NCBI GenBank assembly: GCA_030390025.1
Contig: JASTWF010000338.1
Coordinates: forward strand, 124,001-188,000
Direction of reading: 5' to 3'
Origin: Squalus acanthias
Lineage: Eukaryota
DNA: 64,000 bases
The position numbers were made by a program, and so were the translations under genes. Below are positions 1-12,924 of the stretch, in pieces (within the stretch, counting starts at the first letter, position 1; each line of letters opens with the position of its first letter). Under the pieces are notes generated by a model. It was not told the origin of the DNA and did no database searches. It worked only from the letters and a program-made list of their open reading frames with translations.

Positions 1-3000
1 TAACCCGTGCTGTACCTGCCCTTGCAGTGTTTGATGGGACAGTGCAGAGGGAGCTTTACTCTGTATCTAACCCGTGCTGTACCTGCCCTGGGAGTGTTTG
101 ATGGGACAGTGCAGAGGGAGCTTTACTCTGTATCTAACCCGTGCTGTACCTGCCCTGGGAGTGTTTGATGGGACAGTGTAGAGGGAGCTTTACTCTGTAT
201 CTAACCCGTGCTGTACCTGCCCTGGGAGTGTTTGATGGGACAGTGTAGAGGGAGCTTTACTCTGTATCTGACCCGTGTTGTACCTGCCCTGGGACTGTTT
301 GATGGGACAGTGCAGAGGGAGCTTTACTCTGTATCTGATCCGTATTGTACCTGCCCTGGGACAGTGCAGAGGGAGCTTTACTCTGTATCTAACCCGTGCT
401 GTACCTGCCCTGGGAGTGTTTGATGGGACAGTGAAGAGGGAGCTTTGCTCTGTATCTAACCTGTGCTGTACCTGCCCTGGGAGTGTTTGATGGGACAGTG
501 TAGAGGGAGCTTTACTCTGTATCTAACCCGTGCTGTACCTGCCCTGGGAGTGTTTGATGGAACAGTGTAGAGGGAGCTTTACTCTGTATCTAAGCCATGC
601 TAAACTGCCCTGGGAGTGTTTGATGGGACAGCGTAGGGGGAGCTTTACCCTGTTTATAACCCGTGGTGTACCTGCCTGTGACTGTTTGATGGGACAGTGT
701 AGAGAGAGTTTTACGCTGTATCTAACCGGTGCTGTACCTGTCCTGGGAGTGTTTGATGGGACAGTTTCGAGAGGGCTTTACTCTGTATCTGACCCGTGCT
801 GTACCTGCCCTGGGAGTGTTTGATGGGACAGTGTAGAGGGAGCTTTACTCTGTATCTAACCCGTGCTGTACCTGCCCTGGGAGTGTTTGATGGGACAGTG
901 TAGAGGGAGCTTTACTCTGTATCTAACCAGTGCTGTACCTGCCCTGGGAGTGTTTGATGGGACAGTGCAGAGGAGCTTTACTCTGTATCTAACCCGTGCT
1001 GTACCTGACCTGGGAGTGTTTGATGGGACAGTTTAGAGGGAGCTTTACTCTGTATCTGACCCGTGCTGTACCTGCCCTGGAGTGTTTGATGGGACAGTGT
1101 AGAGGGAGCTTTACTCTGTATCTAACCCGTGCTGTACCTGCCCTGGGAGTGTTTGATGGGACAGTGTAGAGGGAGCTTTACTCTGTATCTAACCCGTGCT
1201 GTACCTGCCCTGGGAGTGTTTGATGGGACAGTGTAGAGGGAGCTTTACTCTGTATCTAACCCGTGCTGTACCTGCCCTGGGAGTGTTTGATGGGACAGTG
1301 TAGAGGGAGCTTTACTCTGTATCTAACCTGTGCTGTACCTGCCCTGGGAGTGTTTGATGGGACAGTATAGAGGGAGCTTTACTCTGTATCTAACCCGTGC
1401 TTTATCTGCCCTGGGAGTGTTAGATGGGACAGCATCGGAGGGAGCTTTACTCTGTATCTAACCAGTGCTGTACCTGCCCTGGGAGTGTTTGATGGGACAG
1501 TGTAGAGGGAGCTTTACTCTGTATCTAACCCGTGCTGTACCTGCCCTGGGAGTGTTTGATGGGACAGTGTAGAGGGAGCTTTACTCTGCATCTAACCCGT
1601 GCTGTACCTGCCCTGGCAGTGTTTGATGGGACAGTGCAGAGGGAGCTTTACTCTGTATCTAACCCATGCTGTACCTGCCCTGGGAGTGTTTGATGGGACA
1701 GTGTAGAGGGAGCTTTACTCTGTATCTAACCTGTGCTGTACCTGTCCTGGGAGTGTTTGATGGGACAGTATAGAGGGGGCTTTACTCTGTATCTAACCCG
1801 TGCTGTACCTGCCCTGGGAGTGTTTGATGGGACAGTGTAGAGGGAGCTTTACTCTGTATCTAACCTGTGCTGTACCTGCCCTGGGAGTGTTTGATGGGAC
1901 AGTGTAGAGGGAGCTTTACTCTGTATCTAACCCGTGCTGTACCTGCCCTGGGAGTGTTTGATGGGACAGTGTAGAGGGAGCTTTACTCTGTATCTAACCC
2001 GTGCTGTACCTGCCCTGGGAGTGTTTGATGGGACAGTGCAGAGGGAGCTTTACTCTGTATCTAACCCGTGCTGTACCTGCCCTGGAGTGTTTGATGGGAC
2101 AGTGTAGAGAGAGCTTTACTCTGTATCTAACCCGTGCTGTACCTGCCCTGGGAGTGTTTGATGGGACAGTGTAGAGGGAGCTTTACCCTGTTTATAACCC
2201 GTGATGTACCTGCCCTGGGACTGTTTGATGGGACAGTGTAGAGGGAGCTTTACGCTGTATCTAACCTGTGCTGTACCTGTCCTGGGAGTGTTTGATGGGA
2301 CAGTATAGAGGGGGCTTTACTCTGTATCTGACCCGTGCTGTACCTGCCCTGAGAGTGTTTGATGGGACACTGTAGAGGGAACTTTACTCTGTATCTAACC
2401 CGTGCTGAACCTGCCCTTGCAGTGTTTCATGGGACAGTGCAGAGAGAGCTTTACTCTGTATCTAACCCGTGCTGTACCTGCCCTGGGAGTGTTTGATGGG
2501 ACAGTGCAGAGGGAGCTTTGCTCTGTATATAACCCGTGCTGTACCTGCCCTGGTAGTGTTTCATGGGACAGTGCAGAGAGAGCTTTACTCTGTATCTAAC
2601 CCGTGCTGCAGCTGCCCTGGGAGTGTTTGATGGGACAGTGCAGAGGGAGCTTTACCCTGTTTATAACCCGTGATGTACCTGCCCTGGGACTGTTTGATGG
2701 GACAGTGTAGGGGGAGCTTTACTCTGTATCTAACCCATGCTGTACCTGCCCTGGGAGTGTTTGATGGGACAGTGTTGAGGGAGCTTTACTCTGTATCTGA
2801 CCAGTGCTGTCCCTGCCCTGGGAGTGTTTGATGGGACAGTGAAGAGGGAGCTTTGCTCTGTATCTGATCCGTATTGTACCTGCCCTGGGACAGTGCAGAG
2901 GGAGCTTTACTCTGTATCTAACCCGTGCTGTACCTGCCCTGGGAGTGTTTGATGGGACTGTGAAGAGGGAGCTTTGCTCTGTATCTAACCTGTGCTGTAC

Positions 3001-6000
3001 CTGCCCTGGGAGTGTTTGATGGGACAGTGTAGAGGGAGCTTTACTCTGTATCTAACCCGTGCTGTACCTGCCCTGGGAGTGTTTGAGGAACAGTGTAGAG
3101 GGAGCTTTACTCTGTATCTAAGCCATGCTAAACTGCCCTGGGAGTGTTTGATGGGACAGCGTAGGGGGAGCTTTACCCTGTTTATAACCCGTGGTGTACC
3201 TGCCTGTGACTGTTTGATGGGACAGTGTAGAGGGAGCTTTACGCTGTATCTAACCTGTGCTGTACCTGTCATGGGAGTGTTTGATGGGACAGTGTAGAGG
3301 GAGCTTTACTCTGTATCTAACCCGTGCTGTACCTGCCCTGGGAGTGTTTGATGGGACAGTGTAGAGGGAGCTTTACTCTGTATCTAACCCGTGCTGTACC
3401 TGCCGTGGGAGTGTTTGATGGGACAGTGTAGAGGGAGCTTTACTCTGTATCTAACGCTTGCTGTACCTGCCCTGGGAGTGTTTGATGGGACAGTGTAGAG
3501 GGAGCTTTACTCTGTATCTAACCCGTGCTGTACCTGCCCTTGCAGTGTTTGATAGGACAGTGTAGAGGGAGCTTTACTCTGTATCTAACCCCGTGCTGTA
3601 CCTGCCCTGGGAGTGTTTCATGGGACAATGTAGAGGGAGCTTTACTCTGTATCTGACCCGTGCTGTACCTGCCCTGGGAATGTTTGATGGGACACTGCAG
3701 AGGGAGCTTTGCTCTGTATCAAACCTGTGCTGTACCTGCCCTGGGAGTGTTTGATGGGACAGTGCAGAGGGAGCTTTGCTCTGTATCTCACCACTGCTGT
3801 ACCTGCCCTGGGAGTGTTTCATGGGACAGTGTAGAGGGAGCTTTACTCTGTATCTGACCCGTGCTGTACCTGCCCTGGGAGTGTTTGATGGGACAGTGTA
3901 AAGGGAGCTTTTCTCTGTATGTGACCCGTGCTGTACCTGCCCTGGGAATGTTTGATGGGACACTGCAGAGGCAACTTTGCTCTGCATCTAACCTGTGCTG
4001 TACCTGCCCTGGGATTGTTTGATGGGACTGTGCAGAGGGAGCTTTGCTCTGTATCAAACCTGTGCTGTACCTGCCCTGGGAGTGTTTGATGGGACAGTGC
4101 AGAGGGAGCTTTGCTCTGTATCTCACCACTGCTGTACCTGCCCTGGGAGTGTTTGATGGGACAGTGTAGAGGGAGCTTTTCTCTGTATCTAACCTGTGCT
4201 GTACCTGTCCTGGGAGTGTTTGATGGGACAGTGTAGAGGGAGCTTCACTCTGTATCTGACCCGTGTTGTACCTGCCCTGGGAGTGTTTGATGGGATAGTG
4301 CAGAGGGAACTTTACTCTGTATCTGACCCATGTTGTACCTGCCCAGGGAATGTTTGATGGGACAGTGTAGAGGGAGCTTTACTCTGTATCTAACCCGTGC
4401 TGTACCTGCCCTGGGAATGTTTGATGGGACAGTATAGAGGGAGCTTTTCTCTGTATCTAACCCGTGCTGTACCTGCCCTGGCAGTGTTTAATGGGACAGT
4501 GCAGAGGGAGCTTTACTCTGTATCTAACCTGTGCTGTACCTGCCCTGGGAGTGTTTGATGGGACAGTGTAAAGGGAGCTTTACTCTGTATCTAACCTGTG
4601 CTGTACCTGCCCTGGGAGTGTTTGATGGGACAGTGCAGAGGGAGCTTTTCTCTGCATCTAACCCATGCTGTACCTGCCCTGGGAGTGTTTGATGGGACAG
4701 TGTAGATGGAGCTTTACTGTGTTTCTAACCCGTGCTGTACCTGTCCTGGGAGTGTTTGATGGGACAGTGTAGAGAGAGCTTTACCCTGTTTATAACCCGT
4801 GCTGTACATGCCCTGTGACTGTTTGATGGGACAGTGAAGAGAGTATTTAATCTGTTTATAACCCGTGCTGTACCTGATCTTGCAGTGTTTGATGGGACAG
4901 TGTAGAGAGAGTTTACTCTGTCTCTAACCCGTACTGTAGCTGCCCTGAAGTGTTCGATGGGACACTGTAGAGGGAGCTTTACTCTGTATCTAACCCTTGC
5001 TGCACCTGCCCTGGGAGTGTTTGAATGGACAGTGTGGAGGGAGCTTTACTCTGTATCTAACCCATGCTGTCCCTGCCCTGGGAGTGTTTGATGGGTCAGT
5101 GTAGTGGAAGCTTTACTCTGTATCTAACCCGTGCTGTACCTGCCCTGGGAGTGTTTGATGGGACAGTGCAGAGGGAGCTTTACTCTGTATCTAACCCATG
5201 CTGTACCTGCCCTGGGAATGTTTGATGGGACACTATAGAGCAAGCTTTACTCTGTCTCTAACCCGTGCTGCACCTGCCCTGGGAGTGTTTGATGGGACAG
5301 TGTAGAGGGAGCTTTACTCTGTATCTAAACCGTGCTGTACCTGCCCTGGGACTGTTTGATGCGACAGTGTAGAGGGAGCTTTACTCTGTATCTAACCCGT
5401 GCTGTACCTGCCCTGGGAGTGTTTGATGGGACAGTGTAGAGAGAGTTTACTCTGTATCTAACCCGTGCTGTACCTGCCCTGGGACTGTTTGATGGGACAG
5501 TGTAGAGAGTATTTACTCTGTTTATAACCCGTGCTGTACCTGATGTTTCAGTGTTAGATGGGACAGTGTAGATAGAGTTTACTCTGTCTCTAACCCGTAC
5601 TGTACCTGCCCTGGGAGTGTTTGATGGGACAGTGTTGAGGGAGCTTTACTCTGTATTTAACCCGTGCTGTACCTTCCCTGGGAGTGTTTGATGGGACAGT
5701 GCAGAGGGAGCTTTACTCTGTATTTAACCCGTGCTGTACCTTCCCTGGGAGTGTTTGATGGGACAGTGTAGAGGGAGCTTTACTCTGTATTTAACCCGTG
5801 CTGTACCTTCCCTGGGAGTGTTTGATGGGACAGTGTAGAGGGAGCTTTACTCTGTATTTAACCCGTGCTGTACCTGCCCTGTGAGTGTTTGATGGGACTG
5901 TGTAGAGGGAGCTTTACTCTGTATCTAACCCCGTACTGTACCTTCCCTGGGAGTGTTTGATGGGACAGTGTAGTGGGAGCTTTACTCTGTATCTAACCCG

Positions 6001-8441
6001 TGCTGTACCTTCCCTGGGAGTGTTTGATGGGACACTGCAGAGGGAGCTTTACTCTGTATTTAACCCGTGCTGTACCTTCCCTTGGACTGTTTGATGGGAC
6101 AGTATAGAGGGAGCTTTACTCTGTATCTAACCCGTGCTGTGCCTTCCCTGGGAATGTTTGATGGGACAGTACAGAGGGAGCTTTACTCTGTATCTAACCC
6201 GTGCTGTACCTTCCCTGGGAGTGTTTGATGGGACAGTGTAGAGGGAGTTTTACTCTGTAGCTAACTCATGCTGTAACTGCCCTGGGAGAATTTGATGGGA
6301 CACTGCAGAGGGAGTTTTACTCTGTATCTAACCCGTGCTGTATCTGCCCTGGGAGTGTTTGATGGGACAGTACAGAGGGAGCTTTTCTCTGTATCTAACC
6401 CGTGCTGTACCTGCCCTGGGAGTGTTTGATGGGATAGTGTAAAGGGAGCTTTACTCTGTATGTAACCTGTGCTGTGTTTGATGGGACAGTATAGAGCGAG
6501 TTTTACTATGTATTTAACCCGTGCTGTACCTGCCCTGGGAGTTTTTGATGGGACAGTGTAGGGGGAGCTTTACTTTAAATCTAACCCATGCTGTACCTGC
6601 ACCAGGCGTGTTTGATGGGACAATGTAGAGGGAGCTTTACTCTGTATGTAACCCGTGCTGTACCTGCCCTGGGAGAGTTTGAAGGGACAGTGTGGAGGGA
6701 GCTTTACTCTGTATCTAACCCGTGCTGTACCTGCCCTAGGAGTGTTTGATGGGAGAGTACAGAAGGAGCTTTTCTCTGTATCTAACCCGTGCTGTACCTG
6801 CCCTGGGAGTGTTTGATGGGACACTGCAGAAGGAGCTTTACTCTGTATCTAACACGTGCTGTACCTGCCCTAGGAGTGTTTGATGGGACAGTGTAGAGCG
6901 AGCTTTACTCTGTATCTAACCCGTGCTGTCCCTGCCCTGGGAGTGATTGATGGGACAGTATAGAGCGAGTTTTACTATGTATCTAACCCGTGCTGTACCT
7001 GCCCTGGGAGTGTTTGATGGGACAGTGTCGAGGGAGCTTTACTCTGTATGTAACCCGCGCAGTACCTTCCCTGGGAGTGTTTGATGGGACAGTGTAGAGC
7101 GAGCTTTACTCTGTATCTAACCCATGCTGTACCTGCCCTGTGCGTGTTTGATGGGACAGTGTAGAGGGAGCTTTACTCTGTATTTAACCCGTGCTGTACC
7201 TACCCTGGGAGTGTTTGATGAGAGAGTGTAAAGGGAGCTTTACTCTGTATCTAACCCCGTACTGTACCTACCCTGGGAGTGTTTCATGGGACAGTGTAGA
7301 AGGAGCTTTACTCTGTATCTAACTCATGCTGCACCTGCCCTGGGAGTGTTTGATGGGACAGTGTAGACGAGCTTTACTCTGTATCTAACCCGTGCTGTAC
7401 CTGCCCTGGGAGTGTTTGATGGGACAGTGTAGACGGAGCTTTTCTTTGTATCTAACCTGTGCTTTACCTGCCCTGGGAGTGTTTGATGGGACAGTATAGA
7501 GCGAGTTTTACTATGTATCTAATCCGTGCTGTACCTGCCCTGGGAGTTTTTGATGGGACAGTGTAGGGAGAGCTTTACTTTAAATCTAACCCATGCTGTA
7601 CCTGCACCAGGTGTGTTTGATGGGACAGTGTAGAGGGAGCTTTACTCTGTATCTAACCCGTGCTGTACCTTCCCTGGGAGTGTTTGATGGGACAGTGTAG
7701 AGGGAGCTTTACTCTGTATCTAACCCGTGCTGTACCTTCCCTGGGAGTGTTTGATGGGACACTGCAGAGGGAGCTTTACTCTGTATCTAACCCGTGCTGT
7801 ACCTGCCCTAGAAGTGTTTGATGGGACAGTATAGAGCGAGCTTTACTCTGTATTTAACCCGTGCTGTGCCTGCCCTGGGAGTGTTTGATGGGACAGTGCA
7901 GAGGGAGCTTTACTCCGTATGTAACCCCGTACTGTACCTTTCCTGGGAGTGTTTGATGGGACAGTGTAGAGGGAGCTTTACTCTGTATCTAACCCCGTAC
8001 TGTACCTTCCCTGGGAGTGTTTGATGGGACAGTGTAGTGGGAGCTTTACTCTGTATCTAACCCACGCTGTACCTTCCCTGGGAGTGTTTGATGGGACAGT
8101 GCAGAGGGAGCTTTACTCTGTATTTAACCCGTGCTGCACCTGCCCTGGGACTGTTTGATGGGACAGTATAGAGGGAGCTTTACTCTGTATCTAACCCGTG
8201 CTGTTCCTTCCCTGGGAGTGTTTGATGGGACAATGTAGAGGGATCTTTACTCTGTAGCTAACCCGTGCTGTACCTGCCCTGGGAGAATTTGATGGGACAG
8301 TGTAGAGGGGGCTTTACTCTGTATCTAACCCGTGCTGTACCTGCCCTGGGAGTATTTGATGGGAAAGTGCAGAGGGAGCTTTACTCTGTATCTTACTCGT
8401 GCTGTACCTGCCCTGGATTTGTTTGATGGGATAGTACAGAG

Positions 8442-8800
8442 TGGGGTGTGTTTTGAGACAGGGTGTCTGCGCTCTCCTCTTTTCCCCCGGGGTGTGTCCA
8501 CACTCTGGGCCTTGGGCCTTGCCCGGGGATTCTCAGTATGAACAGGTGGGATGTGTTTTGAGACAGGGTGTCTCCGCTCTCCTCCTCTTTTCCCCGGGGT
8601 GTGTTCCACACTCTGGGCCTTGGGCCTTGCCCGGGGATTCTCACTATGAACAGGTGGGGTGTGTTTTGAGACAGGGTGTCTCCGCTCTCCACCTTTAAAG
8701 GGACAAGGAGACGACCAGCTGGGCTGAATGGCCCGGCTTTATGACATCACTGCAGTGCCCGGCAACCAACCTCCCTGAGCACTGCTCATTATGGGCTAGC
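8442..8800. repeat. Non-satellite insert, copy 1 (~2.3 x 105-108-bp subunit plus unique tail)
   Basis: TGGG(G/A)TGTGTTTTGAGACAGGGTGTCT recurs at 8442, 8547 and 8655; satellite resumes at 8801. Confidence 0.9.
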
Positions 8801-9159
8801 AGTGTTTGATGGGACAGTGCAGAGGGAGCTTTACTCTGTATTTAACCCGTGCTGCACCTGCCCTGGGACTGTTTGATGGGACAGTATAGAGGGAGCTTTA
8901 CTCTGTATCTAACCCGTGCTGTTCCTTCCCTGGGAGTGTTTGATGGGACAATGTAGAGGGAGCTTTACTCTGTAGCTAACCCGTGCTGTACCTGCCCTGG
9001 GAGAATTTGATGGGACAGTGTAGAGGGGGCTTTACTCTGTATCTAACCCGTGCTGTACCTGCCCTGGGAGTATTTGATGGGACAGTGCAGAGGGAGCTTT
9101 ACTCTGTATCTTACTCGTGCTGTACCTGCCCTGGATTTGTTTGATGGGATAGTACAGAG

Positions 9160-9517
9160 TGGGGTGTGTTTTGAGACAGGGTGTCTGCGCTCTCCTCTTT
9201 TCCCCCGGGGTGTGTCCACACTCTGGGCCTTGGGCCTTGCCCGGGGATTCTCAGTATGAACAGGTGGGATGTGTTTTGAGACAGGGTGTCTCCGCTCTCC
9301 TCCTCTTTTCCCCCGGGGTGTGTCCACACTCTGGGCCTTGGGCCTTCCCGGGGATTCTCAGTATGAACAGGTGGGGTGTGTTTTGAGACAGGGTGTCTCC
9401 GCTCTCCACCTTTAAAGGGACAAGGAGACGACCAGCTGGGCTGAATGGCCCGGCTTTATGACATCACTGCAGTGCCCGGCAACCAACCTCCCTGAGCACT
9501 GCTCATTATGGGCTAGC
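9160..9517. repeat. Non-satellite insert, copy 2 (part of a 718-bp tandem duplication)
   Basis: Near-identical to 8442-8800 at offset 718; the flanking satellite variants are duplicated with it. Confidence 0.9.
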
Positions 9518-10549
9518 AGTGTTTGATGGGACAGTGTAGAGGGAGCTTTACTCTGTATCTAACCCGTGCTGTACCTGCCCTGGGATTGTGGAGAGGTATG
9601 TCAGGTCCTGGTACAGTTTCATTTTTACCATCCCTTGCACCGACCAGCTCACACTGGAGGTTTATATCAGGAGCTTCTGTGTGATGGTGAGGTGATCACT
9701 GGACAATAAAGTGCAGAGACTGGTGGGTGGCTGCTCATTATCCTCGGTGTGATTTAATCCCCTTTCCCACTGAATACTGCGGACAGACAGGATCACCTTG
9801 GGAACGGAATGGTCATTGTGACATCACTTTCTAAACAAGAGCCCACAAGACAATGGGTTCTCAATAAATGTTAAAGGGATTCAACGCTCTGAAGTTACAC
9901 TGTGAATAAAGGAAATAAAATGCTGATCAGTAATGGCTGAAGATAATGATTTCTCTCTGTGGAATGTGCTTGCACACATTAAGAATGATGAGCTTTGTAC
10001 ACACACACACAGCAAACACTTTGTGAGGCTCTTTTCAGTTGTTGCTCTGAACCCGCTGAGAGCTGGTGCACCCAGTGGACATTAGGACCCTGCGGCCGCC
10101 CGTCCGGCGGTGTTGTGAGGTCACGGTTCCAGGCTCTGTCTCACCCAATCAGTGGGTCCCGCCAAAGCTCAATAGAAAATACTGCAGCAAAAACAATCCT
10201 GAACATTCACAAACTGGGAGCAATCGGCACAGCACAACACAAGTGTGAATTAGTAAACTTTAACACACAGAGTCTGTCACTAATTAGTACAAAGTGCAGG
10301 GCACTATTGCTCACCTTCAGTCCTGTCCCTCAATCCCAGCTAATCTCTGGGGATTGTTACAAGGTTCACCCCATCCTTTCAACACAGATATTACCCACAT
10401 AATCCCACATCAATTAGACATTGCACACAGCTTCTGACAGTTATTAACAAGACTAGACCGATGCTTCAAACCAAAAAAAGATTGCATCCTCCCACACACT
10501 CAACTATATATCTTTATTTATATTAATGTCTGTCTGTCTATCTATGAAT

Positions 10550-11241
10550 GAAAGACAGGCTCTAGTGCAGTAATAACTGAGACAGGGTCCAGTGTAATAT
10601 AAACAGAGACAGGGTCTAGTGTAATATAAACAGAGACAGAGTCTAGTGTAATATAAACAGAGACAGGGTCTAGTGTAATATAAACAGAGACAGGGTCAAG
10701 TGTAATATAAACAGAGACAGGGTCCAGTGTAATATAAACAGAGACAGGGTCTAGAGTAATATAAACAGAGACAGGGTCCAGTGTAATATAAACAGAGACA
10801 GGGTCCAGTGTAATATAAACAGAGACAGGGTCTAGTTTAATATAAACAGAGACAGGGTCTAGTGTAATATAAACAGAGACAGGGTCTAGTGTAATATAAA
10901 CAGAGACAGGGTCTCGTGTAAGAAAAACAGAGACAGGGTCTCGTGTAATATAAACAGAGACAGGGTCCAGTGTAATATAAACAGAGACAGGGTCCAGTGT
11001 AATATAAACAGAGACAGGGTCTAGTTTAATATAAACAGAGACAGGGTCTAGTGTAATATAAACAGAGACAGGGTCTAGTGTAATATAAACAGAGACAGGG
11101 TCTAGTGTAATATAAACTGAGACAGGGTCTAGTGTAATATAAACAGAGACAGGGTCTAGTGTAATATAAACAGAGACAGGGTCTAGTGCAATATAAACAG
11201 AGACAGGGTCTAGTGTAATATAAACAGAGACAGGGTCTAGT
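10550..11241. repeat. 27-bp minisatellite (~25 units)
   Basis: Unit AGAGACAGGGTCTAGTGTAATATAAAC; the array ends abruptly at the ERV LTR. Confidence 0.96.
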
Positions 11242-11813
11242 TGTCGAAGTTTTACATGCCGCGTAAGACTCTTAAAACATAGAATATCGTCAAAGAAAGG
11301 CTTTTACTAAAGTTTTACTTGTACAAGGGAAGGTTCTGACATAGTCAACTGCTATGTCAGAATGCTCCAAAATCTTACAGGATTTGAGCATACTTTGTAC
11401 AAAAAAACACAGAACAGGCCACATGACATAGTGTTAAACATATTGATTACTGAGGCACAAACTTGTAAGTTATTGCATAGGCTTTCATTAGAATAACGAG
11501 CAGAAATACCTTAAAGATCAGATAACTAGACCTTCCTTGTGGGATCCCTTTGTTCAATGTTCATTCTCTATGTAACTCTAGTCTGTGGGCTGATGTTTTA
11601 CCTTATCTCATCCTGAGCTTGTTAGAAACTAATTGATGCCTTGTTTTGCTAAGCTTTTCTTAGATAAGGAGTCCTGAGTTGTCTCCATCCTTGCAACTAA
11701 TTAGAATGATTTACTTATATAGAGACTCCTACTGTCGGCCATTTTGAATTCCTTTTATTCTTTTCTCAGAAAGCCATTTTGTTTGTGTCTAAAAAGTAAA
11801 CTGCACTTCTACA
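11242..11813 (-). repeat. 3' LTR (572 bp)
   Basis: Minus strand TGTAGAAG...CTTCGACA; homologous to 18910-19481; preceded by the PPT. Confidence 0.93.
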
Positions 11814-11825
11814 TTTTCCCCTTTT
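11814..11825 (-). promoter_or_regulatory. Polypurine tract
   Basis: Minus strand AAAAGGGGAAAA immediately before TGTAGAAG of the 3' LTR. Confidence 0.85.
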
Positions 11826-12516
11826 GTCCTTTCTAGGACAACATAGCTTTCTCCTATCGGTCCTTATACTAAATTAAAATCTAGTCAAGGATACCGACTT
11901 CTTTTCTGTTTGTAACCATCCTCGGGATTATACCTGTATTGGTGGTTGACCTTATCTAAGATCGTCCTTCTTCTCTGTCTATTCTCGGTGTTTGAGCGTA
12001 TGTTCTTGTAGGGGTTTTAGTTGTGTTTTGGTGACTGTGGCGTACTTTTGTGGTTCATTAGTCTGCTGTTCTCTAACTTTTCCTGCAGCTTATACTAGCC
12101 TGCAGTTCGGGTGTCGCTATACACCCTCTAAGGAGATAGGGTACAGCAGCTCATAGAGAAGTTCTAAGTCATGGCCCACACAGTTTATGCCTAACCTGTG
12201 GGGTTCTCCTCGGGAACTGCAGCTTATAGAGGAGGACTGATTCATGACCCATACAGTTTATACCTAACCTGTGGGGTTCTCCTAAGCACAAGTGCTTCTA
12301 CGTGAGCCTCCAGAGTGCGGACCAAGTGGTATACAAGGTCGACGTCACCGGCAGTTGAAAGGAGTCCTCTCTCTTTCCCTAGCCTGCAGATCCCATTTGG
12401 GTGGAAGAATATGTTTACCGAAAGTGGGGAGCATGCAAAATGTGTATATATATATATATATTTGTATATTTTGTCTAGGTTGTCTAATCCTTAAAATTGT
12501 ATTTTATTCAATCGCC

Positions 12517-12899
12517 TCAGTTCCTCCCCGAAGGGACCATACTTTTCTTCTTCGTCTCCTTAAACTCGTTTCTTCGGCTAGACCACTTTTGTTCCCATTC
12601 TTTCCTGAAGGTGGATAGGGTGGTATCTTTCTGTTTCGTATGATTTTTATTAATTATCCATTCTGCCATATCTGTGAGGTTCAAGGGTATCGGTCGCAGA
12701 GGTATTCCTCCTTTCACATGGGTAGGAATATGGCTACATACCCAACAGGCGTTTATCCCAGTTTTTTTGGCATACTTATATGACATATACAAAAAGGTGT
12801 TCATATGTAATTCTCGTTTCTTTCGGGGTTTTTTCCTTTCCTTTGGCAGGCTATACATATCAGTCCGATTAGTAGGTAAAACGTAAATAACAGCTTCAT
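12517..12899 (-). pseudogene. env: Truncated, frameshifted env (signal peptide plus SU N-terminus only)
   Basis: ATG at 12899 reads MKLLFTFYLLIGLICIAC (signal-peptide-like). A different frame (ORF 12517..12858) continues RKKR-ELHMNTFLYMSYKYAK...NACWVCSHIP with the class I SU CWxC motif. No TM domain seen before the PPT. Confidence 0.8.
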
Positions 12900-12924
12900 T
12901 GTTTAAGTCTTTTCAAATTCAAAT

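Larger units (their letters stand above)
1..9585. repeat. 67-bp tandem satellite (>125 units), truncated by the window start
   Basis: Unit CTGTATCTAACCCGTGCTGTACCTGCCCTGGGAGTGTTTGATGGGACAGTGTAGAGGGAGCTTTACT; TAACCCGTG recurs at 1 and 68. Units are most homogeneous at ~780-2150 and more diverged beyond ~4700. Confidence 0.97.

Noticed and set aside
1..9585. Short ORFs, CRISPR-like periodicity or a ribozyme in the 67-bp satellite
   Set aside because: Contiguous repeats without unique spacers and no cas genes; no CUGAnGA/GAAA core on either strand; a single TAACCC per unit is not a telomeric array.
9870..9905. CACTGTG heptamer as an Ig/TCR recombination signal
   Set aside because: No nonamer at 12 or 23 spacing and no V/J coding segment nearby.
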